Source: a plasmid. Taken from it: a DNA stretch of 57,553 bases. The DNA lies in the sequence record NZ_CP045973.1; one strand, 5' to 3'. This document shows, in pieces, positions 29,870 to 40,899 of this stretch (the stretch's first letter is position 1; every line of letters starts with the position of its first letter). The notes under the pieces were generated by a model. The model made no database searches, was not told where the DNA came from, and saw only the letters and a program-made list of their open reading frames with translations. The position numbers were made by a program, and so were the translations under genes.

Positions 29870-31030
29870 ATGTATAAAAAAATGTTCACAATTTTAATTA
29901 CGTTATTTTCTATAATGTTTATGGTTCCTAATGATACTTTTGCAGAAGGTAAGCACAACATGATGGACATGAAAGAAAATGATCAAAAGCGAAATGATAT
30001 GATGGATATGAAAAGTCATGACGAAAGAAAAAATTTGAATTCTTCACAAGGAAAAAATGAAATAACATTTCCCAAAGTTTTAGATCCTAAAAAAGATAAC
30101 AATGGTTATAAAAGTTATACATTAAAAGCGCAGAAAGGAAAGACAGAATTTTACAAAGGTAATTTCTCTAACACTTTAGGATACAATGGAAATTTACTTG
30201 GGCCAACTTTAAAATTAAAAAAAGGAGATAAGGTTAAAATTAAGTTAGTCAACAACTTAGATGAAAATACAACATTTCATTGGCATGGGTTAGAAATAGA
30301 TGGAAAAGTGGATGGAGGCCCTTCTCAAGTTATAAAACCAGGAAAAGAAAAAACAATAAAATTTGAGGTTAAACAAGAGGCTGCTACATTATGGTATCAT
30401 CCCCACCCCTCCCCAAATACAGCTAAACAAGTTTATAATGGTTTATCAGGGTTATTATATATAGAGGATGACAAAAAGAATAATTATCCTAGCAATTATG
30501 GGAAAAATGATTTGCCTATAATAATCCAAGATAAAACATTTGTATCTAAAAAATTAAATTATACAAAAACGAAAGATGAAGATGGTACTCAAGGTGATAC
30601 AGTCCTTGTGAATGGGAAAGTAGATCCTAAATTAACAACAAAAGAAGGAAAAATACGTTTGAGACTTTTAAATGGCTCCAATGCTCGGGATTTAAATCTT
30701 AAGCTAAGTAATAATCAAAGTTTTGAATATATTGCTTCAGAAGGCGGCCATTTAGAAAAGACTAAAAAGTTAAAAGAAATTAATTTAGCTCCTTCAGCAA
30801 GAAAAGAAATAGTAATAGATTTATCTAAAATGAAAGAAGAAAAAGTCAATCTTGTTGATAATGATGAAACAGTAATTTTACCAATTATTAACAAAGAAAA
30901 AAGTACTAACAAAGACACTACTCCAAAAGTAGATAAAAAAATCAAATTAGAAGGTATGGACGGGGTCCCAAGCGCCTACGGGAAATTTGTATCGATAAGG
31001 ATTACAAATTCCCGTAATATCAACGTTTGA
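29870..31030 (+). pseudogene. mco: multicopper oxidase (mco), 3'-truncated by insertion of Tn3-family IR
   Basis: Copper motifs 'HWHG' and 'WYHPH' present; C-terminal HxH/HCH motifs absent; last 23 codons are encoded by transposon IR beginning 30962. Confidence 0.65.
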
Positions 31031-31037
31031 CGACTCT

Positions 31038-33953
31038 CTATTTTTCTATGTTTAATTTTCTCAACCTCTTGGGAATAGATAACAAATCAAATTTGTATTC
31101 ACCAAGAAACGTAATATGCTCCCAATTAATAGGAGAAATATGGTTCATATAGTTGGTTACTTCTGGATCTATTTTCACTAGATAATCATAGGCTTCTTGT
31201 AAATAGACGGCGTTCCATATACTAATAGCATTTATTAAAACATTTAGTGCACTTGCACTTTGAAGTTGCCGACGAATATCACGTTCCATGAATTTACCTC
31301 GGCGACCAAAAAATAGTTCTCTTGCCAAAGCATTTACGGCTTCCGTTTTATTCAAACCATGGGTAATCTTACGTCTTAAGCTATCATCTGTCACATAATC
31401 TATCATGAAAATACTCTTCTCAATCCGTCCCAATTCTCTTAAAGCGGTAGCTACCTTATTTTTTCGTGCGTAAGAACCTAGCTTTCCTAAAATTAGCGAA
31501 CTTGAGACTTTACCAGTTTGAATGGAATAAGCGATTCGTTTAATTTCTTCGTAACTTTCATCAATGGTTTTTATATTGATCCTACCACTGATGAGCCCTA
31601 ATAAATCAGGGTATTCTGAAGTTGGCTTTATAGAAAATAATTGAGACTTTTTTATATTCCTAATACGGGGTTCAAAATGAAACCCTAGTAAAGCCGTCAT
31701 ACCAAACACTTGATCTGTATAACCATTTGTGTCAGTGAAGTGTTCTTCAATATCTAAATCTGTTTCGTGGTAAAGCAAGCCATCTAATGTATGAGTCGCT
31801 TCTCTCGTGTTGGTCGAAACAACTTCAACATGATGTGAGGTATTTCTGTCATTGATTGACCGAATCATTGTGGCGCCTTTCTCTAAGCTTTTATAATGTG
31901 GATTCACGTCAGCCTTAATGGCGGATACACCTACTGGTACACGCATTCCATCGGAAGCACTCGTTTTACCTTCTCCCCAAAAATCAGCTATAGGAATTCC
32001 TAATTGAAAATTAACCAAAATAGATTGGGCACAGGTTAAGGCTTCTTTATAAAACCGCCATTGTTTAGTATTCGCCAATTGAGGATAAGTAATTCCGGGG
32101 GTGGATTGGGCCATTTTCTCAAGCCCAATATTCATTCCTAATCCTAATAAAGTGGCAAAAACAATTTTCTTTTCTCGTTCATTTGGCGGATTTCCAGTTG
32201 AATCATGGATAAATTCTTGCGAAAATTGAGTCCAGCTATCCACTTCTATTAATAGGTCACTTAATCTTATTTTGGGAATCATTGAATAAAGTTTTTTTCT
32301 ATATTCCTCTGCTTCATCTGGTGTAACTTTCTCCAATTTTTTTAGCACCATTTTGGCTGAACTTTTGCCAGAATTCGAATAATATTGTAGTTGTGAGTCC
32401 AATATTGCGCCCCTAGAAGTCAAATAATCATCAAATGTATCTGGAATAGTGAGTGAGTTAACGCAAGCATCGGAACTGATTAAGTAATCATCAATGTTTC
32501 GATGGGCTAAGCTTCCTTCTACCGAAATATTTCCTGATCTAATATTATTTTTTAACTCTGTGAACGCTACCAACTCGTAGAAGGATCGGTCTATTTTTCC
32601 TTCTTCAGGTTGAACAAGACGTTCCCATTTTTTACTCACAAATTCAATGGATGTGTTTGCTGGTATTTTCCGTTTACCATCGTTTTTTAACTCATTTATT
32701 TGAGTAAGCGCTGTAAGAATTGGTTGTGCAGATGAGGTTGCTTTAAACGAGAGTATTTTTAAAAGCATTGGGGTATATCTTCTAAGGTAAGTGGCTTTAT
32801 TTCTCACCATTTCTAAATATCCGTGATTTTTCTTACCAGTAATTCGTTTAGCGTCTTCTCCATCTTGGATTAAGTCATGCCAGGGGATAACTCGTTCTAT
32901 TTCGTCAAAAGGATTACTGTCGTTGTCTTTTGCAAAATGAAGTGCATCAATCAGAGACGCATAATGTTCTAATTTTTCAGTCGCCAACTTCCCTTTCTCT
33001 TTCAACAGTTCTTGCGAATCGTGCATCCCTTTTCGTTTAATCCCCGCTAAAATCCGGTCATTAATTTCAATGAGCAGATCGATCAGATACTGATGATGAT
33101 CCACTAAAAAAGCAATGAGTAAGGAATACTTTTTTTCGAATTCAAAACGAGAAAAATCATAGGCATCGTAATTATCACCTAATCGTGCTAACTGAAGAAA
33201 TCTATTTCGGTGAATATGCGACACATTGATTGTTCCTAGTTCAAGAACCGTAATCGTCTCAACTTTTTTGCAAATGGTCATAAAACTCTCTGGATTGGCT
33301 TTGCCAGGGATATCTTTTAACCAGGCGAGTTTAGTCATCTTCGTTTCTTTATATACTAGAAACAACTCATCTAATTTCTCGATTTGTGTTTCTGTTAGTG
33401 AATCCAGAAGAATTGAAAACAGTGTGCTTTCAGCCTTATCACGACAATGGCTGATAATGTCTTCTAGTGTCGCTATCGATGGAAAAATAATTCGATTTTG
33501 GGTGAGGAAGCCTAATGTTTTTTTCATGAGATAGGTAGAGTCATCATTTTCTAATGCCAGCTTAATAAGAAATGCTATTAATTGATTGCGTGTGTCGACA
33601 CTTCCAAAACGCTGATACCTAAATGTTTCTAATATCTCATTAAAGTGATTGGCACGTGTGTTCCTATGGGCGTATAAGGCCAGTTCAATTGAGTCAAGAT
33701 GTAACTGGCGCCTTACATAAGAGATTAAACGGTCTGATTGGATGGACCAGTTACTCAACGAACACCCAGGGTATCGTGCCAAGCAGAGCTGAATGGCAAA
33801 CCCTAACTTATTGATATCCCCTCTGTGTTGGTTGATGATATCTAAATCAGAGTCAGAGAAACTGAAATAAGCTTGAAAATCCTCTTCAGATAAGTGATCG
33901 ACAGAAAGAAGTTGCTCCCGCTGTGCTGCTGTTAAAATTTTCTTTAATGCCAT
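31038..33953 (-). CDS. tnpA: Tn3-family transposase TnpA
   Basis: 971 aa, ends 40 bp inside IR as in Tn3-family elements. Confidence 0.9.
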   Translation of the reverse strand: MALKKILTAAQREQLLSVDHLSEEDFQAYFSFSDSDLDIINQHRGDINKLGFAIQLCLARYPGCSLSNWSIQSDRLISYVRRQLHLDSIELALYAHRNTRANHFNEILETFRYQRFGSVDTRNQLIAFLIKLALENDDSTYLMKKTLGFLTQNRIIFPSIATLEDIISHCRDKAESTLFSILLDSLTETQIEKLDELFLVYKETKMTKLAWLKDIPGKANPESFMTICKKVETITVLELGTINVSHIHRNRFLQLARLGDNYDAYDFSRFEFEKKYSLLIAFLVDHHQYLIDLLIEINDRILAGIKRKGMHDSQELLKEKGKLATEKLEHYASLIDALHFAKDNDSNPFDEIERVIPWHDLIQDGEDAKRITGKKNHGYLEMVRNKATYLRRYTPMLLKILSFKATSSAQPILTALTQINELKNDGKRKIPANTSIEFVSKKWERLVQPEEGKIDRSFYELVAFTELKNNIRSGNISVEGSLAHRNIDDYLISSDACVNSLTIPDTFDDYLTSRGAILDSQLQYYSNSGKSSAKMVLKKLEKVTPDEAEEYRKKLYSMIPKIRLSDLLIEVDSWTQFSQEFIHDSTGNPPNEREKKIVFATLLGLGMNIGLEKMAQSTPGITYPQLANTKQWRFYKEALTCAQSILVNFQLGIPIADFWGEGKTSASDGMRVPVGVSAIKADVNPHYKSLEKGATMIRSINDRNTSHHVEVVSTNTREATHTLDGLLYHETDLDIEEHFTDTNGYTDQVFGMTALLGFHFEPRIRNIKKSQLFSIKPTSEYPDLLGLISGRINIKTIDESYEEIKRIAYSIQTGKVSSSLILGKLGSYARKNKVATALRELGRIEKSIFMIDYVTDDSLRRKITHGLNKTEAVNALARELFFGRRGKFMERDIRRQLQSASALNVLINAISIWNAVYLQEAYDYLVKIDPEVTNYMNHISPINWEHITFLGEYKFDLLSIPKRLRKLNIEK

Positions 33954-33956
33954 AAG

Positions 33957-34508
33957 TTAGTTTTTCCTTCCATTAAGATAGCGGTATAGGGTTGTTTTGC
34001 TTAGTTTAGAGGCATCAAGAATCTGATTAATTGAATATTCCTTACTATCGTACATTTTCAAAGCCAACTCAATTGATTGACTGGCTTTACTTGGTCGCCC
34101 CCCTTTTTTTCCACGTGCTCTTGCTGCTTCAAGACCTGATTTGGTTCTTTCAATTGTAATATCACGTTCCAACTCTGCTAAACTAGCCATGACTCGGAAA
34201 AAGAATCTTCCCATAGAAGTAGAGGTATCAACGTTATCTTGAATAGAGATAAAATTAACCCCAAGCTCTTCAAACGTTTCTGAAAGCTCAATCAAATGTT
34301 TAGTTGAACGTGAAATTCGATCAAGTTTATAAATAACCACTGAGTCACCTTCACGTAACCCCTTTATCATGTCTTCCAATTGTGGACGGTCTCGTTTTGA
34401 ACCCGTCACCTTTTCTTGGAATAGTTTATCGATACCGTGTTGGGTGAGTGCATCAATTTGCAAATTCAAATTTTGATCCTCTGTACTCACTCGAGCATAG
34501 CCAAAAAT
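33957..34508 (-). CDS. tnpR: Tn3-family resolvase TnpR (serine recombinase)
   Basis: 'MIFGYARVSTEDQNLNLQ'; C-terminal HTH; res region 34560-34700. Confidence 0.85.
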   Translation of the reverse strand: MFGYARVSTEDQNLNLQIDALTQHGIDKLFQEKVTGSKRDRPQLEDMIKGLREGDSVVIYKLDRISRSTKHLIELSETFEELGVNFISIQDNVDTSTSMGRFFFRVMASLAELERDITIERTKSGLEAARARGKKGGRPSKASQSIELALKMYDSKEYSINQILDASKLSKTTLYRYLNGRKN

Positions 34509-34708
34509 CATAAAAAGCCTCCTTACTATTAATGACTTAAATGTACCATAACTCATCAATAATTACCATATAGGCACTTTGAAAAAAGAACGAGTTTTGG
34601 TACCTGGTTTAGGGCTCAAACGGATGAAAAACAGATGAATTCAAAAAGTGCCATAAACGACCATTTAAGGTACTGGTTATAATAGTCAATTGTTATTCAA
34701 ACGAACAC

Positions 34709-34737
34709 TTGACTATCAGATTGGAACAGAGTATAAT
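34709..34737 (+). promoter_or_regulatory. cad promoter (TTGACT-17-TATAAT) with overlapping imperfect IR (CadC operator candidate)
   Basis: -35 34709-34714, -10 34732-34737; 'aacattcaagtg...ttgagtgtt' IR just downstream. Confidence 0.5.
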
Positions 34738-34790
34738 CACCCCTATAAACATTCAAGTGTCTCTTTGAGTGTTGGAAGGAGAAACTGAAT

Positions 34791-35150
34791 ATGACTGTAG
34801 ATATTTGCGAAATTACTTGTATTGATGAAGAAAAAGTAAAACGGGTGAAGACTGGACTGGAAACCGTAGAAGTTACAACTATCAGTCAAATATTTAAAAT
34901 TCTGTCTGATGAAACAAGGGTTAAAATTGTGTATGCATTACTGACAGAAAATGAACTTTGTGTATGCGATCTAGCTAATATTGTCGAAGCAACAGTTGCC
35001 GCTACGTCCCACCATTTACGCTTTTTAAAGAAGCAAGGGATTGCGAACTATCGAAAAGATGGAAAGCTTGTTTATTATTCTCTTGCGAATGAAAGGGTTA
35101 GAGATCGGATAAAACTTATATTACTTAATTTTGAAGGAGTGGGAGTCTAA
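34791..35150 (+). CDS. cadC: ArsR/SmtB-family cadmium-responsive repressor CadC
   Basis: 119 aa; 'ELCVCDLA' metal-site; HTH. Confidence 0.85.
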   Translation: MTVDICEITCIDEEKVKRVKTGLETVEVTTISQIFKILSDETRVKIVYALLTENELCVCDLANIVEATVAATSHHLRFLKKQGIANYRKDGKLVYYSLANERVRDRIKLILLNFEGVGV

Positions 35151-37285
35151 TGGCAGAAAAGACTGTTTATAGAGTTGATGGATTAAGCTGTACAAATTGT
35201 GCGGCCAAATTTGAACGGAATGTAAAAGAAATTGAGGGTGTAACAGAAGCTATTGTAAACTTTGGCGCATCAAAAATCACGGTAACAGGTGAAGCAAGTA
35301 TTCAACAAGTTGAACAGGCTGGAGCATTTGAACACTTGAAAATCATTCCAGAGAAAGAATCTTTTACTGATCCAGAGCACTTTACTGACCATCAATCGTT
35401 TATTAGAAAAAATTGGCGATTATTGCTTTCTGGATTATTTATTGCAGTGGGGTATGCGTCACAGATCATGAATGGGGAGGACTTTTATCTTACTAATGCA
35501 CTATTTATTTTTGCAATTTTCATAGGAGGCTATTCTCTCTTTAAGGAAGGATTCAAAAATTTATTGAAGTTTGAATTTACAATGGAGACACTGATGACAA
35601 TAGCTATTATTGGAGCTGCTTTCATTGGTGAATGGGCAGAAGGATCCATTGTGGTGATTCTATTCGCAGTAAGCGAGGCGCTTGAGCGTTACTCGATGGA
35701 TAAGGCACGACAATCTATTCGTTCCCTAATGGATATTGCGCCAAAAGAAGCACTTGTGAGACGCTCGGGCACCGACAGAATGGTTCATGTAGATGACATT
35801 CAAATTGGCGACATTATGATTATAAAACCTGGTCAAAAAATTGCGATGGATGGTCACGTTGTGAAAGGTTATTCAGCCGTCAATCAAGCAGCGATTACTG
35901 GTGAATCTATTCCTGTTGAAAAAAACATCGATGATTCCGTTTTTGCTGGAACGTTAAATGAAGAAGGATTGCTTGAAGTTGCGGTCACAAAACGAGTAGA
36001 AGATACCACGATTTCAAAAATTATTCACTTAGTTGAGGAGGCACAAGGTGAACGTGCTCCAGCTCAAGCATTTGTTGATACATTTGCTAAATATTATACG
36101 CCAGCCATTATTGTGATCGCCGCACTGATTGCAACAGTACCGCCATTGCTGTTTGGTGGAAACTGGGAAACGTGGGTGTATCAAGGGTTATCTGTATTAG
36201 TGGTTGGGTGTCCTTGCGCCTTAGTTGTTTCAACTCCTGTTGCCATCGTCACCGCCATTGGAAATGCAGCTAAAAATGGCGTATTGGTAAAAGGTGGTGT
36301 GTATTTAGAAGAAATTGGTGGGCTAAAAGCCATTGCGTTCGATAAAACTGGTACCTTGACAAAAGGTGTGCCGGTGGTCACTGATTATATTGAACTAACA
36401 GAAGCCACAAACATTCAACATAATAAAAACTATATCATCATGGCAGCACTGGAACAATTATCTCAACACCCCCTTGCTTCAGCCATTATTAAGTATGGAG
36501 AAACGAGAGAAATGGATTTAACTAGTATTAATGTGAACGATTTTACATCCATCACAGGAAAAGGGATTAGAGGAACTGTAGATGGTAACACCTATTATGT
36601 TGGAAGTCCCGTTCTATTTAAGGAATTACTAGCATCGCAATTTACTGACTCCATTCATCGACAAGTGAGTGACTTACAACTTAAAGGGAAGACTGCTATG
36701 CTTTTTGGAACAAATCAGAAACTGATTTCTATAGTGGCAGTTGCTGACGAGGTTAGGTCATCCAGTCAACATGTTATTAAACGACTTCATGAGCTGGGGA
36801 TTGAAAAAACTATTATGTTGACTGGCGATAACCAAGCCACAGCGCAAGCAATTGGCCAACAGGTGGGTGTTTCTGAAATAGAAGGTGAGTTAATGCCCCA
36901 AGATAAACTAGATTACATTAAACAGTTGAAAATAAACTTTGGTAAAGTGGCCATGGTTGGAGACGGTATTAATGATGCGCCAGCCCTAGCAGCGGCCACG
37001 GTTGGAATTGCAATGGGCGGAGCTGGAACTGACACAGCCATTGAAACAGCTGATGTTGCCTTAATGGGAGACGACTTACAAAAATTACCTTTCACGGTAA
37101 AGTTGAGTAGAAAAACACTCCAAATTATTAAGCAAAATATCACATTTTCCTTGGTCATCAAACTGATTGCTCTTTTGCTAGTCATTCCAGGGTGGTTAAC
37201 ATTATGGATTGCAATTATGGCGGATATGGGTGCGACTCTTTTAGTCACGTTAAATGGCTTACGATTAATGAAAGTGAAAGATTAA
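35150..37285 (+). CDS. cadA: cadmium-exporting P1B-2 ATPase CadA
   Basis: N-terminal '[12 protein letters not shown]' CxxC MBD, 'CPC', 'DKTGTLT', '[10 protein letters not shown]'. Confidence 0.9.
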   Translation: MAEKTVYRVDGLSCTNCAAKFERNVKEIEGVTEAIVNFGASKITVTGEASIQQVEQAGAFEHLKIIPEKESFTDPEHFTDHQSFIRKNWRLLLSGLFIAVGYASQIMNGEDFYLTNALFIFAIFIGGYSLFKEGFKNLLKFEFTMETLMTIAIIGAAFIGEWAEGSIVVILFAVSEALERYSMDKARQSIRSLMDIAPKEALVRRSGTDRMVHVDDIQIGDIMIIKPGQKIAMDGHVVKGYSAVNQAAITGESIPVEKNIDDSVFAGTLNEEGLLEVAVTKRVEDTTISKIIHLVEEAQGERAPAQAFVDTFAKYYTPAIIVIAALIATVPPLLFGGNWETWVYQGLSVLVVGCPCALVVSTPVAIVTAIGNAAKNGVLVKGGVYLEEIGGLKAIAFDKTGTLTKGVPVVTDYIELTEATNIQHNKNYIIMAALEQLSQHPLASAIIKYGETREMDLTSINVNDFTSITGKGIRGTVDGNTYYVGSPVLFKELLASQFTDSIHRQVSDLQLKGKTAMLFGTNQKLISIVAVADEVRSSSQHVIKRLHELGIEKTIMLTGDNQATAQAIGQQVGVSEIEGELMPQDKLDYIKQLKINFGKVAMVGDGINDAPALAAATVGIAMGGAGTDTAIETADVALMGDDLQKLPFTVKLSRKTLQIIKQNITFSLVIKLIALLLVIPGWLTLWIAIMADMGATLLVTLNGLRLMKVKD

Positions 37286-37449
37286 TTACCGCTATTGTCT
37301 AGTTGGTTTTTTGAATTATTCTGAAAGCATTCCTTATTGTACAAAATAACAGGTGAGATCAAAGGAAATCTCCTTATCGATACAAATTCCCCGTTGGCGC
37401 TCGGGACCCCGAAGAGGAGTCACTATCGGTATTAGCCAAAGCAGGAGAA

Positions 37450-37490
37450 TAAAACTAAAAGAGATCAACCAGCTTGTTTAGTTGGTTGAT
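37450..37490. terminator. 12-bp stem hairpin overlapping mazF stop (bidirectional terminator candidate)
   Basis: 'agagatcaacca gcttgtttag ttggttgatctct' + T-rich on both sides. Confidence 0.4.
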
Positions 37491-37819
37491 CTCTCGTTCT
37501 TTTGAAAAATAACTTTTACTGTATCTAATAGCTTTGTGAGCAATGGATCCGAAACAGTTTCCACGTATTGATGCTTACGAGCGTTGTAATCGATCGTAAC
37601 TAGTTGATCCAGCAATACTTTTCCGGTTGTGGTTGTCCCTGTCAAAGGCACATATAACGGATAGGTGCGCGGTGTATTACTGATTGGGGCAAAGATCGCG
37701 ATATTTGCATAATCACTTACCAGATGATGACTGAGGCAAATATAGGGCCGATAGCCTTGCTGCTCGTGTCCCTGTTTTGGATTTAGATTGATCTTGATAA
37801 TATCGCCTTGCTTTACCAT
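37478..37819 (-). CDS. mazF: MazF/PemK-family toxin endoribonuclease
   Basis: 'GDIIKINLNPKQGHEQQGYRPYICLS' hallmark. Confidence 0.75.
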   Translation of the reverse strand: MVKQGDIIKINLNPKQGHEQQGYRPYICLSHHLVSDYANIAIFAPISNTPRTYPLYVPLTGTTTTGKVLLDQLVTIDYNARKHQYVETVSDPLLTKLLDTVKVIFQKNERSTN

Positions 37820-38055
37820 TTTTCATCTCCGATTGGTTCGAATGTTTGCAGCTCAGTTTGGAAGGGTTCGCCCTGGTAATTGGCAAACAGATCCTCGATT
37901 CGGAGATCGATAGCTGTTTTGGTAAGGATCATCTGATTATTGATCACTTCCACTTTCAAATCATCGTTCTCTTTGATGTCTAAGGCATTTAATAGATTAT
38001 TGGGGAGACGAACAGCTTTGCTATTTCCCCACTTTTTAACGCTAACGGTGGTCAT
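37813..38055 (-). CDS. mazE: MazE/PemI antitoxin (AbrB/SpoVT-type)
   Basis: 'VSVKKWGNSKAVRLPNNLLNALDIKENDDL'; AGGAGGTAAGG RBS; overlaps toxin start. Confidence 0.7.
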   Translation of the reverse strand: MTTVSVKKWGNSKAVRLPNNLLNALDIKENDDLKVEVINNQMILTKTAIDLRIEDLFANYQGEPFQTELQTFEPIGDEKW

Positions 38056-38115
38056 AAGCCTTACCTCCTTTAATACCTTTATTATAACACGAAGTATATA
38101 CAATGTATATACTTT

Positions 38116-38352
38116 TTATTTTTTGCGTGCTGCTTGCCAGTCGGACATCTTTTCTTTATAGGCAATGACTTCATCTTGAAAATAAAGACGCAGTACCCGT
38201 GTATCAGATTCTTTTAACTCTAAAGCTGGTTTCAAATAACCATTTGTAACGGATTGATTAAACGCTGCTCTTGATTGGCCTGTGATATGTCTTGCTTGAT
38301 GAGAAGAAAGTAAATTTTCTCTAGCAAAATCAATAAACTCTTTTTTATTCAT
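38116..38352 (-). CDS. hypothetical protein
   Basis: 79 aa ORF with start MNKKEF. Confidence 0.35.
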   Translation of the reverse strand: MNKKEFIDFARENLLSSHQARHITGQSRAAFNQSVTNGYLKPALELKESDTRVLRLYFQDEVIAYKEKMSDWQAARKK

Positions 38353-38497
38353 AATAAAACACCTCACATTGACTATAGCATAAAAGTCTAAAACATATAC
38401 ATTATCATATGTAAATGTAATGAGTTTGTAATATCGCTGTTATAACATATACATATGTAAATGTTATAATTAATATATAAGTTAAGGAGGAGATCAT

Positions 38498-38824
38498 ATG
38501 AACGCTGCAAGACGAAAGAGAATTGATCAATCTATAGAATTTATAATTAAACAAACTGAAGAAGTTGAATCGATCATGGAAGAAGAGCAAGAAGCGATAG
38601 ACAATATACCTGAGAACCTTCAGGGATCCGCAAGATATGGAGAAATGGAAGAAGCTATTTCTCATTTAGAAGCTGTTATTAGGTCCTTAGATGATGCCCT
38701 TGATGTTCTCCAATACGAGTTATCGAGACGAGCGACGGTACCATCTGTAAAATCTACCAAAAAAACTCTGGGGGAGATAATCAAAGAGCAAGGATTGTTG
38801 ATTAAGATAGAGGAGGAATTTTGA
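38498..38824 (+). CDS. hypothetical acidic protein
   Basis: AAGGAGGAG RBS. Confidence 0.45.
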   Translation: MNAARRKRIDQSIEFIIKQTEEVESIMEEEQEAIDNIPENLQGSARYGEMEEAISHLEAVIRSLDDALDVLQYELSRRATVPSVKSTKKTLGEIIKEQGLLIKIEEEF

Positions 38825-39486
38825 TGGCTAATGACGATTTGCTTAGAAAGGTAAAAAAACTACTTGCATTAGCAGCGGATGCTTCCGATGAAGAATCGAG
38901 ATCCGCGCTTGCAAGGGCGCAAGCATTGATGACGGAGCATGCTATTTCGGAAGCAGACATATTTGACCACCGTAAGCAAAACTTATCAGAAGAAGTTATC
39001 CAGACTGCAGTCTACGATGGTAGACCACGCAGGTGGATGTATCGGTTAGCTTGGATTATTGCGAAAAACTTTCGCGTGGAAGATTTTTATATAACGAATG
39101 AATCTACGCAGCTTATATTTATGGGGCTACAGTCAGATGTCCAATTGGCAGAGATAACTTTTCAGTATGCAACTGGCAGTATCGGTTACTCGGCAAGAAA
39201 GTATATGCAGAGGCCGGAGATCAAACGAAAAAGAAAAAGAAAATGGCAAATGAAACAAGACTATATCGAAGGATATTTAAGCGCGCTCGAGTCTTTGTTT
39301 GATCAGCAAGTTGTGACGAATGGCTATGAATTAGCTTTACAGCTTCCGGATGTGGTTAAAGATGAAATTGCTAAAATAGAATTTGTTACAGGGAAAGATG
39401 TTTCTCATGAAGTGAAAGACTTTGAGGCTTATCATACTGGTTATCGTGAGGGAAAGAAATTTAAGCAACGTGATCAAATTAATTAA
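38821..39486 (+). CDS. DUF2786-like protein
   Basis: N-terminal 'LLRKVKKLLALAADASDEESRSALARAQALM' motif typical of DUF2786. Confidence 0.45.
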   Translation: MMANDDLLRKVKKLLALAADASDEESRSALARAQALMTEHAISEADIFDHRKQNLSEEVIQTAVYDGRPRRWMYRLAWIIAKNFRVEDFYITNESTQLIFMGLQSDVQLAEITFQYATGSIGYSARKYMQRPEIKRKRKRKWQMKQDYIEGYLSALESLFDQQVVTNGYELALQLPDVVKDEIAKIEFVTGKDVSHEVKDFEAYHTGYREGKKFKQRDQIN

Positions 39487-39504
39487 AGAAAATGGGGACT
39501 GAAG

Positions 39505-39882
39505 ATGGCACGTATACATGATTTAAAAATTTTACCGATTTATTTTGCAGAAGTCGTGGCTAAAAGAAAGACTTTTGAGATTCGAAAGAACGATCGTGTT
39601 TTTTGTGTGGGAGATATGGTTCGATTAAAAGAATGGGAAAAAGGCGATTATACAGGAAGGGAAGTAACGGCACGAATTACCTATCTAACCGATTTTCAAC
39701 AAAAACCAGGTTATCTCGTTTTTAGTTTTGACTTGCAGCGTTATCAACCATCGATGGAAAGCATAAAAGAGTTACATCAGCAAACAGATGTCGGTCTACT
39801 GACATGTAAGTTGGCGCTGATCGATGCTAATGGAAACCTGGAACTAGCGATTGAAAATATGCGCAACAAAGGGAATGCCTGA
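39505..39882 (+). CDS. ASCH/PUA-like (DUF3850-type) small protein
   Basis: 'IHDLKILPIYFAEVVAKRKTFEIRKNDRVFCVGDMVRLKEW' pattern. Confidence 0.45.
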   Translation: MARIHDLKILPIYFAEVVAKRKTFEIRKNDRVFCVGDMVRLKEWEKGDYTGREVTARITYLTDFQQKPGYLVFSFDLQRYQPSMESIKELHQQTDVGLLTCKLALIDANGNLELAIENMRNKGNA

Positions 39883-40040
39883 CTAGTAAAAGAAGAATTT
39901 CTTGTTTTTAAAATGGCTATTGTGGTATACTAACAATGAAAAGAGGGCTATGCGTCAACATAGCCCTCATACAAGCCCATTTAAGATGGTGACTAGCCGT
40001 TATAGTTAAAAAGATAACCACGAAACCGGTCAAAGTTTAT

Positions 40041-40529
40041 GTGTGGTTATTTTTTTTTGTCATTTTGACTACTTATGAGCAACACAAGGGTTGCAAAAGC
40101 GATTGCGAAAGACAATGCTTCATAAACGGTCATTGCATATCCTTTCCAGGAGAGCCTAACAAAAAAATCATAGGCATCACCTCTTTCTTTGAGAAGAGGC
40201 TAGCCACCACCATAAACTTGCTTGCAACGTTTATTATACCATACTTCAGTATGCGAAAAAAAGAGACAGGAGTGAGAGCAGTGGATGAAATTAGAGAGAG
40301 AATAAGAAAAAGATTTGGGGATATTTCTCCGGCAGAAATGGCAGAGATTTTAAAGATCGATGTAAAGAAAAACATACATATGGAAGGTGGATCCAAGCTA
40401 GCATTTATTGATGTATCACCGGTGATTTTAATTGGCTACCGGGTCAGTCTATTACAATACCCAAAATGTATTGCAAAAGAAATCAAACAGTATTTATCTG
40501 ATCATCCTTCTATCATGGAAAGTTGGTAA
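40041..40529 (+). CDS. uncertain ORF; only C-terminal ~82 codons (GTG 40282 after AGGAG) look genuine
   Basis: N-terminal half is low-complexity after T11 run. Confidence 0.2.
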   Translation: MWLFFFVILTTYEQHKGCKSDCERQCFINGHCISFPGEPNKKIIGITSFFEKRLATTINLLATFIIPYFSMRKKETGVRAVDEIRERIRKRFGDISPAEMAEILKIDVKKNIHMEGGSKLAFIDVSPVILIGYRVSLLQYPKCIAKEIKQYLSDHPSIMESW

Positions 40530-40671
40530 ATAAGAAACGAAGCTATTTTCGTTTCTTTTTTTGTGCAGAATAATAAGTAAAAATACAATATTCCTGTAGA
40601 CAACTATCGTTGTTTATGATGTGATATAAATATAGACAACGATAGTTGCCTTGAATAAAGGAGGAATCGGT

Positions 40672-40899
40672 ATGTTTTATAAAAATGTAGTATCAGGAGC
40701 TATTTTAACGGAAAAAGAATATGCGGAACTAGTGAAACGAGATGCGGAAAACCTTTGGGAACTATTGGATGAACAAGAAAAAGAAGATTTTGGAAGTATT
40801 GATAATTATGAAAAACATTTGAATGAGGCATCTACTCCTGACTCTGACTTTATATTAGTTAATGCGCAGGGAGAGAAATATATACATGGTGAATGGTAA
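40672..40899 (+). CDS. hypothetical small protein
   Basis: AAGGAGGAAT RBS. Confidence 0.4.
   Translation: MFYKNVVSGAILTEKEYAELVKRDAENLWELLDEQEKEDFGSIDNYEKHLNEASTPDSDFILVNAQGEKYIHGEW

Larger units (their letters stand above)
30962..37410. mobile_element. Tn3-family (Tn917/Tn5422-like) cadmium-resistance transposon: tnpA-tnpR-cadC-cadA, 6449 bp
   Basis: 36-bp terminal IRs 'ggggtcccaagcgcctacgggaaatttgtatcgata' (30962-30997) and its near-perfect reverse complement (37375-37410); flanks 'tggac'/'gaaga' differ (no 5-bp TSD). Confidence 0.75.

Noticed and set aside
33226-33534. 102-aa plus-strand ORF inside tnpA
   Set aside because: Antisense shadow ORF within the Tn3-family transposase gene.
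36181-37248. Minus-strand ORFs (66 and 111 aa) inside cadA
   Set aside because: Antisense to a conserved P-type ATPase gene. Gly/Ala/Pro-rich translation typical of shadow ORFs.
38405-38665. 86-aa minus-strand ORF
   Set aside because: AT-rich promoter/intergenic DNA with direct repeats. Low-complexity translation. Overlaps a well-supported plus-strand gene start.
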